64,000 nucleotides of DNA, taken from assembly GCA_965215005.1 (NCBI GenBank), contig CBDCCZ010000027.1, positions 1-64,000 of the forward strand, given 5' to 3'. Under the pieces are notes generated by a model, which was not told the origin of the DNA, ran no database searches, and saw only the letters and a list, made by a program, of their open reading frames with translations. Origin of the DNA: Kofleriaceae bacterium. Lineage in GTDB: Bacteria; Myxococcota_A; Polyangia; Haliangiales; Haliangiaceae. Shown here piece after piece: positions 9,166-18,475 of this stretch (positions are counted from its first letter, which is position 1; each line of letters starts with the position of its first letter). The position numbers and the translations under genes were made by a program.

Positions 9166-12100
9166 ATGCGTTCATTTGGGTCAGGGACTCGTACTTTCGA
9201 AGCTACGTGCAAGTCGTGGCAAGCGGCGTCGAGTATCGCGCTACTGGTGGCGCTGTTCTCCGCATGCTCATCCGGGCAAGAACAAGCGCATCTCGGCGAG
9301 CGCGTAGCCGCTGTCGAGCTCGCCGACATTCCCGACGCCGACCCGGTGCACCTACCGGTTCCCGAGCAGCCAGCCGTTGGCGCCATTCCTGGCGAGGCCG
9401 ACGTGAGCGGCGGCGCAGCGAGCTACCGCATACCCATCGAAGTTCCTCCAGGCCGAGCCGGCATGGAGCCGGGACTGGCCCTTGCCTATAACAGTCGCTC
9501 GTCAGACCGCACGGCCGGACTCGGCTGGTCGCTCGAAGGCCTCTCATCCATCCATCGCTGTGCCCGGACCGTGGCGCAAGATGGCTACAATCGCGCCGTA
9601 CGCTTCGATTCAGATGACGCTCTGTGCTTGAACGGGACTCGATTGGTTCAAGTCGAGAGTCCCACTCCGATTCCGTTCCGCACCGAGTATCGAACCGAGA
9701 TCGATACCTTCGCTCGTATTGAACGGGTTCAGCGTATCGATCCATTCTCAAGAACGTACTTCATCGTCACCGAGAAATCGGGCTTGAAGCACTGGTATGG
9801 GCAGGGGGCGTACTCCCAGTTCAGTCCGAAAGGCACGAATTCCTCAATGACGTGGGGCCTGTCAAAGACAGTCGACCGCGACGGGAATCGCATCGATTAT
9901 TCGTACAAGATCGAAGACGATGAGCATCTTCTCGACGAGATCCGTTACACCGGCTTCGGTGACGAGACCGGTGACCGCGTCATTCGATTTAGCTATATTT
10001 CCGGATCGCATCACGAGGTCCGCTACCTCAGCGGGGCCGCGTTAACCAGCCGATGGCACCTGCGACGCATGACTTCCTACGTCGCAGATCAGCGCGTTCG
10101 CACCTACGAGCTGCACTACGACTACAGCGATGCTACTGGCGCCTCGCTTCTCACCCAACTTGGAGTGTGCGGAAAAAGCGGATGTGACGCTCCCGAGCTC
10201 GTTCCCCGGACCTCGTTTCGCTACGACTCGGATCGCCACCGCTACCTGACGAGCTCTATACCCGGCGCGACCAAGGACCGCGTGGTCGTCATCAGCGACA
10301 TAGACGGCGACGGCACGAGAGAAAAAGCCTATCTAAAATATAGCAGCGAAGGCGGAACGCCGCGGGAAGCGTACATCGAGCTCACCAGCACCGGCGAGCG
10401 CATCGACGTCCAAGATACCGAGTGGGAAGTCTTCGATCCAAAAAACGGAAGTACGAGCCCGAGCGAACGCAATACTGATTTTGACCGTGACGGAGTCGAC
10501 GACCTCTATGGCACCATAGAAGGTTACTTCGCCATCGCATCGTGGAACGGCAGCTCCCTCACCACCAAGATCAGCGACCGGCGCATCGCGTCGGCCGACG
10601 GCCAGACGGGGCGCAGGATCCGCGAGCTTGCTGACTTCGACGGTGACGGCGATACCGACCTGCTAGTTTACAATGCGGAGGCGAAACAGTACTGGCTTCA
10701 CCTGAACTGCACCGAGAAGAACAGCCCGACGATATCGTTCTGCGGGACAGCGATCCTCATTGACCCAAACGACGACAACTTGCTGCTCTTGCATGTTCTG
10801 GACTTTGACGGTGACGGTCTTCTGGACCTTCTCTTCAAAGGCGGACAGAACGATCGGGTGTGGTTTGGTCGCCGCGGCGATGATGGACTATTTTACGATT
10901 CTGCGCGCATCAGGGACCTCGGTGGACCCAGCGATTCTACGGTGCGCCTCCTCGACATTAACGGTGATTCCCTAATCGACATCTTCAAGTTTCCCGACGA
11001 CCTTTATGTCAATATAGGTGGTGAATTCGAGCGTCACGAGCTCGAGCTTCCGATTCCCTGGGTGAACCCGAAGCTTGCGGACGCAATAATCGTTGCAGAC
11101 ACCGATCACGACGGCGCCGACGAACTGTTGATCCCAAGAGAACTAACGCGCGCCTATTGTTATAATCGCCACGTTTGCGACGAAGACAACGACGACGGCA
11201 CTGAGGAAAATCTCTGGAACGATGATCTAATTCCGTGCGGCGAAGATCTTCTGGACGCTCCTTCATCAGAAATCTCTTCTTACGTCAACAAGTCCATTTA
11301 CCGTTGGCATTCGTATTCCTTTCGGCCGAATGTGCGTTCCAATACTTGGAGGTTTGCAGAGCGCCGAAACGCCATCGAAGCACCACTCAACAGTGTGACT
11401 GTCACTGACTTCGACGGCGATGGATTCGTAGACTTTCAATACACGCTTCGTGAGAAGTGGGCTTCCTGCGATAGGGAAGCTGAGGAGCCTATCGGCTATT
11501 ACGAAGATGGTAGCTCTGGTCTTGGCCACTTCGTAACGGACCAATCTAGCACCGTCAACACCAACCTCATGACGGAGGTGGAAGACGGTTTGGGCCGAAG
11601 CTGGTCGTGGAGCTACGCTCCTCTTAGCAGCGAGGGCACCTCGAGCTGCGAGCGGCCAGGCGCCCGCCCCTTCTACCGAGTCTCCTCCCGCGAGGGTCAA
11701 TTTGGCAAGTTCTACTTCAGCAGCTCGCTACGCGTGGTGGACCGCTACGACGAGCCCAGCGGACTCGGCGAAGGCAGCGCGGCAAACAGCATCTGCTACC
11801 GCTACGAAGATGCCATGTACAGCGATCAAGGCCGCGGATTCCTCGGCTTTCGACGCATCCACGAAGAGCAGCTCATCGATGGTGAACCCGCCAGTCAGTT
11901 GCGGGAAACGGTAACCTTCAAAGAAGACTTCCCGTTAACTGGTTCCGTTGCCAGCACGAGCATCACGCTTCTGTCCGACCCCGAAGATGCCACACCAATA
12001 TCGTCGACCACGAATTTCTACAGCGCCGGTTGTATCTTGGGTGGCATTTGCCGCCCGCGATTGAACTCTGCCGGGCAGGTCGTCGCTGACCTCGCCACTC

Positions 12101-15100
12101 GTGATCAGTTATACACAACGAGACAAGTATACTATCGCGACTACGATGCGATGGAATATGGCAACGTGAGCGGCATCAAGACCGTGGTGGAGGATGCCTT
12201 CACCACCCGGTCTAGCTACGTTGCGTTCGACTACGACTACTCGCGAGTCGACGACTGGTGGCTCGATAAGCTGCGTTCGCGGTCCAAAACCACCGATCCC
12301 GCCATTCACAAGACGTGGCCTTTCAATGTGCCCGAAGATCGCGAACGTGTCGTAACCGTCAACTTGGACTGGACGCCAGACGGAGAGCCCGGCGCGCGGC
12401 AGCTGAGCGAGCTACGCGTCGAATCGGGGGATGCGTCATCATCCTACCGCGCCAACTATACCTATGACCGCTACGGCAACCTCGATGGCGTAAGCCAGAT
12501 CGGTAGCGACGCCACCGAGACGCGGGAGATCGTCTGGACCTCCACCGACGATGGTTACTTCACCCAGTCGGAGAACAACAGCGCGGGCCACGGTATCACC
12601 AGCGACACCGATCCAGCCACTGGGCTCGTCACGCGCAGCACGACTCTCGGCGTGACGATTGCGTACAACTACGACGACTGGGGCCGGAAGCTAACCTCGA
12701 GACAATTGGGCTTTCCTTCTCGACATGAGCGGATTCTAGCTTGCGACGAGAGCTGCCCGCCCCAGGCTCGTATCAAAGCGATGACCGTGCAAAACGGCTC
12801 TCCCATCGTTGTCGAGTTCATCGACGACCTCGGCCGCGTCGTCCGAACAGAGTCAGCTGGAATGCGTGGCGAAGAGACCCTCGCTACTGTCACCGAGTAC
12901 GATGCTCGCGGCAACCTGCGGATGGAGAGCGAGCCGTTCTTCGTCGGCCAAGATATCTACGGCACTACCTACGAAAACTACGACGCTCTTGGCCGCCACC
13001 ACCTCAAGCGAGTGGACCGCACCGGTCAAACGCCAAACGAGTTCGTCACTCGATACACCTACGAGGGTCTGACAACCGACATCGAGCTGGCGGGCTCGAT
13101 CACCGCATCCCGCACCTACGGCGCCAGCGGCCTTCTGCTGCAAACAGTTGATGGTCGCGGCGTCAGAACCATCTATCGCCACGACGGCGCCGGCAACATG
13201 GTTCAAGTCATGGACACCGCCGTCAATCTAACGCGCAGCGAGTACGACGACTTCGGCCGCAAGATCGCGATGAACGAGCCCCACGGCGGGCGAACCGAGT
13301 TTGACTATAATGGCTTTGGCGAGTTGATCGGCCAGACCGATGCGAACGGCGATGTTCTGGAATTTCACTATGACTTCGTCGGCCGCCTCATCAGACGCGA
13401 TCTCAATGGCGCTGCCGACGCGCAGTGGGTCTACGACTACGATAGACCGGGCACCCTCACTTACGAATGGGGGCAAAGCTACAGCCGCGCCATCACGTAT
13501 GATGATCTTCTCCGGCCTACCCGAGAAGCCATCACGATCGACAGTCGCTCTTTTGCCCGCGAGTACGCCTACGATGGCTTCTACGGCCGCATGAAAGGAA
13601 TGAGCTATCCCTCCGGCGATGTCATTCGTTACGAATTCGATCCCTATGGCTACCGCACCGCCGAGAAGGCCTCACTCGGTGAAGGCGAGGTAACCCTTCG
13701 CAACATCTCGGGTCTGTCTCCGCGGGGAATGATCGCCGAAGCTGTCTATGGCAACGGCACGATGATCCGCAATGAGAGCTATGCGTCCACCGGGCAACTG
13801 CGGATGACGGAAGCGCGCTCGTTCACGACAACTGATCCCAACGCTCCACCGCTGCAGCGCTTTGAATACTTCTACGAAGATCCGTTCATGAACCTCACCC
13901 GCCGGCGCGATGCGTTCGCCGGCGTCTACGAGAAATATCGCTACGACCAGTTGCAACGCCTCACGAACACGGAGCGTTGGTGGGAGGACACGGGCCGTCT
14001 CCAAGAAGTGGGCTACCTTCACGACGACCTTGGCAACCTCAAGCGCAAAGACGATTACGCGAGCATCTATCGCTACGGCAACCGCGGCGGAAACAACGAA
14101 TCCAACGCCGGCCCGCACGCTATCGTCTCCGTGCGCAAAGTCGATGGAACAGAAGTCGACGACTTCCTCTACGACGAAAACGGCAACATGGTGGCTGGGG
14201 ACGGCCGGACGTTCGAGTACAACGCCTTCAACCGCCCAACCCGCATTCAAGACGCCAGCGGCGAGAGTACGTTCTTCTATGGACCCAACGGCGAACGCCT
14301 AAAGCAAGTAAGCCCCCAGGGCACCAAGCTCTACGTCGGCAGCGACTACGAGTACGTCATCAAGGAAAACGAGCTCCCCGTCGACCGCCTGTACATTGGC
14401 GACTACCTTCTCATCAATGGCAGGAGCGACGGCAGCCGTGAGTATCGCTACCTCTATCGCGACCAGCTAGGCTCCGTCACCACCGTCGCAGACAACGCCG
14501 GCGAAGTAGTAGAGCGCCACGCCTTCGATCCCTTCGGCGAACCCCTCGACAGCGACTGGGAACGCACCGGCAGCCTCCTCCACAGCGGCGAATTCGGCGA
14601 AACCAACACCGAGCTCGGCTTCACCGGCCACGAGCACCTCGATTCCCACCGCCTCATCCACATGGGCGGCCGCCTCTACGACCCAAAAATGGGCCGCTTC
14701 CTCGGCATCGACCCCTTCATCAGCGACGTCGGCAACCTCCAAGCCCTCAACCCCTACGCCTACGTTCAAAACAACCCGCTAGCCTTCATCGACCCCACTG
14801 GCTACCAACAGGCCTGTCCCGAAGGCAACCCCAACCAATGCCAGACCCCCGCAGCGCCCGAACCCGAGGCTTCCGACCAGGGCAACGGCCAAGAGGGCCA
14901 GGGTGCCACGCCGGGACAAGACACTCCGCAGATCAGACAAGCAATCTGGGAGAACGGAAAAGACGCAGGCGAGAGGTACTCTGAGGGCGACGGTATCGTG
15001 ATCTGCGCCGGTGGTGAGTGCGGTGGCGGCGACGGCAGCTCTGCCGGTAATGGTGGCGGTGCCGCGGCCGGCAACAGAGGCCCCAACCCCGGCAGCGACG

Positions 15101-16188
15101 TCGGACCCACCCCATCCTCGGCAGCGGCTGCGTCCGAGTCATCCACCTCGCAGCCATCGCCAGCAACAGACGCCGCCGGCAGTGGCACCATCACCCGCCG
15201 CGCCGGCGAGACCGGCGGCGGCAACGGCGGTGGTGCCAGCGCCGCGGCCATTGCCAACGCCGCAGCCGTCGCCAGCGCCGGCGGTTTCCTCCAAACCCTC
15301 GGCTCCTGGATCGGCTGGATCCCGCTGCCCGTCATCTCCTCATTCGGCGGCTTCATCGAAGCCATGGGCCAGGCCCTCCAAGGCAACCACCGCGCCGCAG
15401 CCATCACCCTCGCCACCAGCGTCGTACCCGGCGGCAAATATCTCCGCAAAGGCGTCGGCGGCCTCGGCCGCCTCGCCAAACTCCGCAACGCCGCAACGGG
15501 AGTATGCTTTGCGGCCGGGACGCTCGTGCACACCGAGCGCGGCCTCGTGTCGATCGAGGAAGTGCAGGTCGGCGACCTCGTGTGGTCGCGCGACGATGAG
15601 ACCGGCGAGGAAGGCTACCGGCCTGTCGCGCGAACCTTCGTGACCCCGGACCAGCCGACGCTCGAGCTCAAGCTCGTCGGAGATGGCGGTGACGAGCAGA
15701 CGCTCGAAGTCACGGGTGAGCACCCGTTCTGGCTACGTGAGCGCGGCTGGCTGTCGGCGCGCGAGCTACTGTCGGGCGACGAGGTCTACACGTCGCGCGG
15801 CGGGTGGCTGCGCGTGTCGAGCGCGACGCGGACCGAGCGCAGGACTACCGTCTACAACTTTGAAGTGGGGGACTTCCATACATACTTCGTCGGCGACGTC
15901 GGCGTCTGGGTCCACAACAGCTGCGTGCCGAAACCTTCTCTTTCTGCTCATAAACGCGCACTCAAAGAGGTTCACGCTAAGATCGGGGGCTCTCTGCCTC
16001 CCGGCAAGCCAGGAAAGTTCGGTAGCCCGCAGGCCGGCACGTCAAAGAGAGGCTATAGGCTGGATCCCCCGCATCCAAATGCACCCAAGGGTACACCAGA
16101 AGCCGGTTATCACTTTAACGTATGGGACTACACCGCTGGCAAGAGAGGTCGCGGTGGTCTCAATGAGGCTGTCGAGATCGTCGACTGA
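9166..16188 (+). CDS. Rhs/YD-repeat polymorphic toxin: lipobox-like signal, SpvB/TcB-like N-terminus, FG-GAP/VCBS repeats, YD repeats, Rhs core, HINT, C-terminal toxin
   Basis: GGAASYRIPIEVPPGRAGMEPGLALAYNS..GLGWSL; about 7 DxDGDG motifs; many YD repeats; GFTGHEHLD..RLYDP..GRFLGIDP..NPYAYVQNNPLAFIDPTG; HINT CFAAGT..VYNFEV..HTYFVG..VHN. ATG 9166 follows GGAGAGG (the ORF is open from 9013). Confidence 0.93.
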   Translation: MRSFGSGTRTFEATCKSWQAASSIALLVALFSACSSGQEQAHLGERVAAVELADIPDADPVHLPVPEQPAVGAIPGEADVSGGAASYRIPIEVPPGRAGMEPGLALAYNSRSSDRTAGLGWSLEGLSSIHRCARTVAQDGYNRAVRFDSDDALCLNGTRLVQVESPTPIPFRTEYRTEIDTFARIERVQRIDPFSRTYFIVTEKSGLKHWYGQGAYSQFSPKGTNSSMTWGLSKTVDRDGNRIDYSYKIEDDEHLLDEIRYTGFGDETGDRVIRFSYISGSHHEVRYLSGAALTSRWHLRRMTSYVADQRVRTYELHYDYSDATGASLLTQLGVCGKSGCDAPELVPRTSFRYDSDRHRYLTSSIPGATKDRVVVISDIDGDGTREKAYLKYSSEGGTPREAYIELTSTGERIDVQDTEWEVFDPKNGSTSPSERNTDFDRDGVDDLYGTIEGYFAIASWNGSSLTTKISDRRIASADGQTGRRIRELADFDGDGDTDLLVYNAEAKQYWLHLNCTEKNSPTISFCGTAILIDPNDDNLLLLHVLDFDGDGLLDLLFKGGQNDRVWFGRRGDDGLFYDSARIRDLGGPSDSTVRLLDINGDSLIDIFKFPDDLYVNIGGEFERHELELPIPWVNPKLADAIIVADTDHDGADELLIPRELTRAYCYNRHVCDEDNDDGTEENLWNDDLIPCGEDLLDAPSSEISSYVNKSIYRWHSYSFRPNVRSNTWRFAERRNAIEAPLNSVTVTDFDGDGFVDFQYTLREKWASCDREAEEPIGYYEDGSSGLGHFVTDQSSTVNTNLMTEVEDGLGRSWSWSYAPLSSEGTSSCERPGARPFYRVSSREGQFGKFYFSSSLRVVDRYDEPSGLGEGSAANSICYRYEDAMYSDQGRGFLGFRRIHEEQLIDGEPASQLRETVTFKEDFPLTGSVASTSITLLSDPEDATPISSTTNFYSAGCILGGICRPRLNSAGQVVADLATRDQLYTTRQVYYRDYDAMEYGNVSGIKTVVEDAFTTRSSYVAFDYDYSRVDDWWLDKLRSRSKTTDPAIHKTWPFNVPEDRERVVTVNLDWTPDGEPGARQLSELRVESGDASSSYRANYTYDRYGNLDGVSQIGSDATETREIVWTSTDDGYFTQSENNSAGHGITSDTDPATGLVTRSTTLGVTIAYNYDDWGRKLTSRQLGFPSRHERILACDESCPPQARIKAMTVQNGSPIVVEFIDDLGRVVRTESAGMRGEETLATVTEYDARGNLRMESEPFFVGQDIYGTTYENYDALGRHHLKRVDRTGQTPNEFVTRYTYEGLTTDIELAGSITASRTYGASGLLLQTVDGRGVRTIYRHDGAGNMVQVMDTAVNLTRSEYDDFGRKIAMNEPHGGRTEFDYNGFGELIGQTDANGDVLEFHYDFVGRLIRRDLNGAADAQWVYDYDRPGTLTYEWGQSYSRAITYDDLLRPTREAITIDSRSFAREYAYDGFYGRMKGMSYPSGDVIRYEFDPYGYRTAEKASLGEGEVTLRNISGLSPRGMIAEAVYGNGTMIRNESYASTGQLRMTEARSFTTTDPNAPPLQRFEYFYEDPFMNLTRRRDAFAGVYEKYRYDQLQRLTNTERWWEDTGRLQEVGYLHDDLGNLKRKDDYASIYRYGNRGGNNESNAGPHAIVSVRKVDGTEVDDFLYDENGNMVAGDGRTFEYNAFNRPTRIQDASGESTFFYGPNGERLKQVSPQGTKLYVGSDYEYVIKENELPVDRLYIGDYLLINGRSDGSREYRYLYRDQLGSVTTVADNAGEVVERHAFDPFGEPLDSDWERTGSLLHSGEFGETNTELGFTGHEHLDSHRLIHMGGRLYDPKMGRFLGIDPFISDVGNLQALNPYAYVQNNPLAFIDPTGYQQACPEGNPNQCQTPAAPEPEASDQGNGQEGQGATPGQDTPQIRQAIWENGKDAGERYSEGDGIVICAGGECGGGDGSSAGNGGGAAAGNRGPNPGSDVGPTPSSAAAASESSTSQPSPATDAAGSGTITRRAGETGGGNGGGASAAAIANAAAVASAGGFLQTLGSWIGWIPLPVISSFGGFIEAMGQALQGNHRAAAITLATSVVPGGKYLRKGVGGLGRLAKLRNAATGVCFAAGTLVHTERGLVSIEEVQVGDLVWSRDDETGEEGYRPVARTFVTPDQPTLELKLVGDGGDEQTLEVTGEHPFWLRERGWLSARELLSGDEVYTSRGGWLRVSSATRTERRTTVYNFEVGDFHTYFVGDVGVWVHNSCVPKPSLSAHKRALKEVHAKIGGSLPPGKPGKFGSPQAGTSKRGYRLDPPHPNAPKGTPEAGYHFNVWDYTAGKRGRGGLNEAVEIVD
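15083..15482 (+). repeat. 400-bp direct repeat, copy 1 (linker and hydrophobic segment of the Rhs toxin)
   Basis: Matches 16705-17104 at constant offset 1622; I saw one mismatch. Confidence 0.95.
15505..15918 (+). other. Pretoxin HINT (intein-like) autoprocessing domain inside the Rhs gene
   Basis: N-terminal C-F-A-A-G-T, TGEHPFW block, C-terminal VHN followed by Ser-Cys. Confidence 0.9.
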
Positions 16189-16192
16189 TAAC

Positions 16193-16654
16193 ATGGAAGA
16201 TTTTAAGCTAAGTAACTTCTCAAAATCACACAATGGAACGCCATTCCCGTTGTTCCGTACTGTTGCGCAAAGCGAGGCGGCATCTCTCAGGGCCAGGCTG
16301 GCCTCGGCGGCCCAATTATCCAATGTTTTGGATTCGCTTGAGTTCACTCAGTCTCTGTGCGGGCGAACTAAAACTACTGGTAGATCGGCAACAGAAGGAC
16401 AGTTTGATCTTGAGGGAGTTCTGCGAGAACAAGGAATTATTTCCAACCCCATAGTCTACTTGAACTGGTACCGTTTTGACGTGATTGACGAGATGCGCTT
16501 GTTTGATCTGACACGCTATTTTGACGATATTTGGTACCCAGGCGCTGACGACTTAGACTTGTTCGACGCGACGTGCAGGTGGCTTCTATCAATCCGCCAC
16601 GATGGCGACGTGTCCTACGCAATGCTCTCCGGAAACTCTGGGAAATCGATATAA
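16193..16654 (+). CDS. Probable cognate immunity protein for the Rhs C-terminal toxin
   Basis: Starts 4 nt after the toxin stop; lower GC; FDDIWYPGADDLDLFD..WLLSIRHDG motif typical of toxin-adjacent genes. Confidence 0.8.
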   Translation: MEDFKLSNFSKSHNGTPFPLFRTVAQSEAASLRARLASAAQLSNVLDSLEFTQSLCGRTKTTGRSATEGQFDLEGVLREQGIISNPIVYLNWYRFDVIDEMRLFDLTRYFDDIWYPGADDLDLFDATCRWLLSIRHDGDVSYAMLSGNSGKSI

Positions 16655-16703
16655 GTTTTTCTAGCGTAGAACAGATTCATCCACTGGGCTCGTCGCGCGC
16701 AAC

Positions 16704-17450
16704 ACCAACCCCGGCAGCGACGTCGGACCCACCCCATCCTCGGCAGCGGCTGCGTCCGAGTCATCCACCTCGCAACCATCGCCAGCAACAGACGCCGCCG
16801 GCAGTGGCACCATCACCCGCCGCGCCGGCGAGACCGGCGGCGGCAACGGCGGTGGTGCCAGCGCCGCGGCCATTGCCAACGCCGCAGCCGTCGCCAGCGC
16901 CGGCGGTTTCCTCCAAACCCTCGGCTCCTGGATCGGCTGGATCCCGCTGCCCGTCATCTCCTCATTCGGCGGCTTCATCGAAGCCATGGGCCAGGCCCTC
17001 CAAGGCAACCACCGCGCCGCAGCCATCACCCTCGCCACCAGCGTCGTACCCGGCGGCAAATATCTCCGCAAAGGCGTCGGCGGCCTCGGCCGCCTCGCCA
17101 AACTATCGAAGACCGGACGCGGAGTTGGTCGGTCGGGTGCCTTAAACATGGCGAAACGTGACCTCGGAATTCCGCGCTCCCAGCACCCTGATAAAGTTTC
17201 GCGTGTGCCAATGACGCGACGAGATGGCTCGGCGGTTCTCGGAAGCAATGGCAAGCCGATAATGACCCGCGAGTACACGTACGCGCGGCCCGACGGCTCC
17301 AGAGTAATTGTGCAGGATCACTCAGCAGGGCATCAATTTCGACAGGGAGGCGCAGGGGATCAGGGAGCTCATTTCAACGTCCGTCCATCCGAGAACACTC
17401 GCACGGGGACTGTTCCCGGAGCCAATAATCACTATCCATTTAGTAGGTGA
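16704..17450 (+). CDS. Orphan toxin cassette: duplicated linker plus HNH/EndoVII-fold toxin (Tox-HNH-EHHH-like); only an internal ATG at 16986
   Basis: AKRDLGIPRSQHP..TREYTY..IVQDHSAGH..GDQGAHFNVRP..HYPF gives an E/H/H/H pattern. Confidence 0.8.
   Translation, partial: TNPGSDVGPTPSSAAAASESSTSQPSPATDAAGSGTITRRAGETGGGNGGGASAAAIANAAAVASAGGFLQTLGSWIGWIPLPVISSFGGFIEAMGQALQGNHRAAAITLATSVVPGGKYLRKGVGGLGRLAKLSKTGRGVGRSGALNMAKRDLGIPRSQHPDKVSRVPMTRRDGSAVLGSNGKPIMTREYTYARPDGSRVIVQDHSAGHQFRQGGAGDQGAHFNVRPSENTRTGTVPGANNHYPFSR
16705..17104 (+). repeat. 400-bp direct repeat, copy 2 (front of orphan toxin cassette)
   Basis: Near-identical to 15083-15482 and in frame with the downstream alternative toxin tip. 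Confidence 0.95.
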
Positions 17451-17454
17451 TTCT

Positions 17455-17850
17455 ATGTCCTGGATAGATCTCCTTGATAATAATCACTTTTTGAAAACGC
17501 TGTTTCCGGCCCGCGCTCCGGTACTTCAAGCGCTTCGCCTCCACGAAGTTCATCTGCATCAGGATGGGCCTGAAGTCTCACTACGCTTTGACTTGAATGA
17601 ATATGCTGCACAGCCGCCAGCGAAATGGGAGGTGGCGAGGAGCAATACCGTGCAAGTCCGTTTAGTTGGAGTGGGCGTCCGGAGACTGGCGATTGAAGGA
17701 TGGGCGAGTAATAATGTCGGACACTTGACAATTGACGAGGCAAACAACGGGATCAGCATCTCCTTCGAGGCTGGAAAGTGCAACATAACTGCCGCCTTCG
17801 ATCACCTCCGCGTCGACAGCGTAACTGCGTACCTAGACGAGTCTCGCTAA
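17455..17850 (+). CDS. Immunity protein, Imm50-like
   Basis: Directly after the orphan toxin; LHEVHLHQDGP..LRFDL..PPAKW..NTVQVRL..IEGW pattern. Confidence 0.78.
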   Translation: MSWIDLLDNNHFLKTLFPARAPVLQALRLHEVHLHQDGPEVSLRFDLNEYAAQPPAKWEVARSNTVQVRLVGVGVRRLAIEGWASNNVGHLTIDEANNGISISFEAGKCNITAAFDHLRVDSVTAYLDESR

Positions 17851-17880
17851 GCGGACAAAACCTGAAGAGCTCCGCGGCGC

Positions 17881-18036
17881 TACGACGGCCCGCATGCCTG
17901 CCCGGGCCCGCATCACGACGTGCAACACATATCCTGGCAGAGCGCCGGAAAGCGTGGCCAGGGCGGCGCGCGTCGAGGCAACGAGCCGTATTCTGGTCCG
18001 CAGCATCCTTCCAGGGCTGATCGGAAAGACCAATAG
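17881..18036 (+). pseudogene. Start-less toxin-tip remnant (not in the ORF track)
   Basis: Translates YDGPHACPGPHHDVQHISWQSAGKRGQGGARRGNEPYSGPQHPSRADRKDQ*; ends 13 nt before the next immunity-like gene. Confidence 0.7.
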
Positions 18037-18049
18037 ATGAGGCGGAGCT

Positions 18050-18475
18050 ATGATTGACGAAGATCTCGCGGCAGAGCTGGAGACTGCGCGACGACAGGTG
18101 GGGGGGATTATGCGTTTACATGACGATGCAGCCGACATGTATGTGAGTGAGCTAGCCAAACGCTTCGTCGATGATGGAGGTGCGACATGGTGGTGGGAGT
18201 CTCTTCGACCACCGACCAAGAGGCTGAACTACGGTCACTCCGATGGTCTCAGCATGCTCGTCAATCTTATAGATTCAGAGAGTGACGTGATTATGGTCGT
18301 CACAGACGATGCCCCTCCTCCCTGGCATGTCTACTTGGCGAGGCCGCAAAAGTTGGTCGCGCTACTGAGGGAATGCCGATTCTTCGAGTATTTCGTCGCG
18401 GCAACCGACAGAAGGTGGATCATTTTCGATACTCACCAAAATGATTTGATTCTGGGCGGCACACTCGCAAAGTAG
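18050..18475 (+). CDS. Probable immunity protein (DUF6756-like)
   Basis: WWWESL..LLRECRFFEYFV..WIIFDTHQN; position in the toxin array; RBS GAGGCGGAG. Confidence 0.72.
   Translation: MIDEDLAAELETARRQVGGIMRLHDDAADMYVSELAKRFVDDGGATWWWESLRPPTKRLNYGHSDGLSMLVNLIDSESDVIMVVTDDAPPPWHVYLARPQKLVALLRECRFFEYFVAATDRRWIIFDTHQNDLILGGTLAK

Noticed and set aside
16665..16704. TTCATCCACTGGG upstream of the orphan repeat resembles the Rhs-core junction TTCATCGACCCCACTGGC (FIDPTG)
   Set aside because: The match is only about 12 nt with a gap and could be chance.
15083..17104. Repeat pair as a diversity-generating retroelement TR/VR
   Set aside because: No reverse transcriptase in the window and only one mismatch seen, with no adenine-specific pattern.
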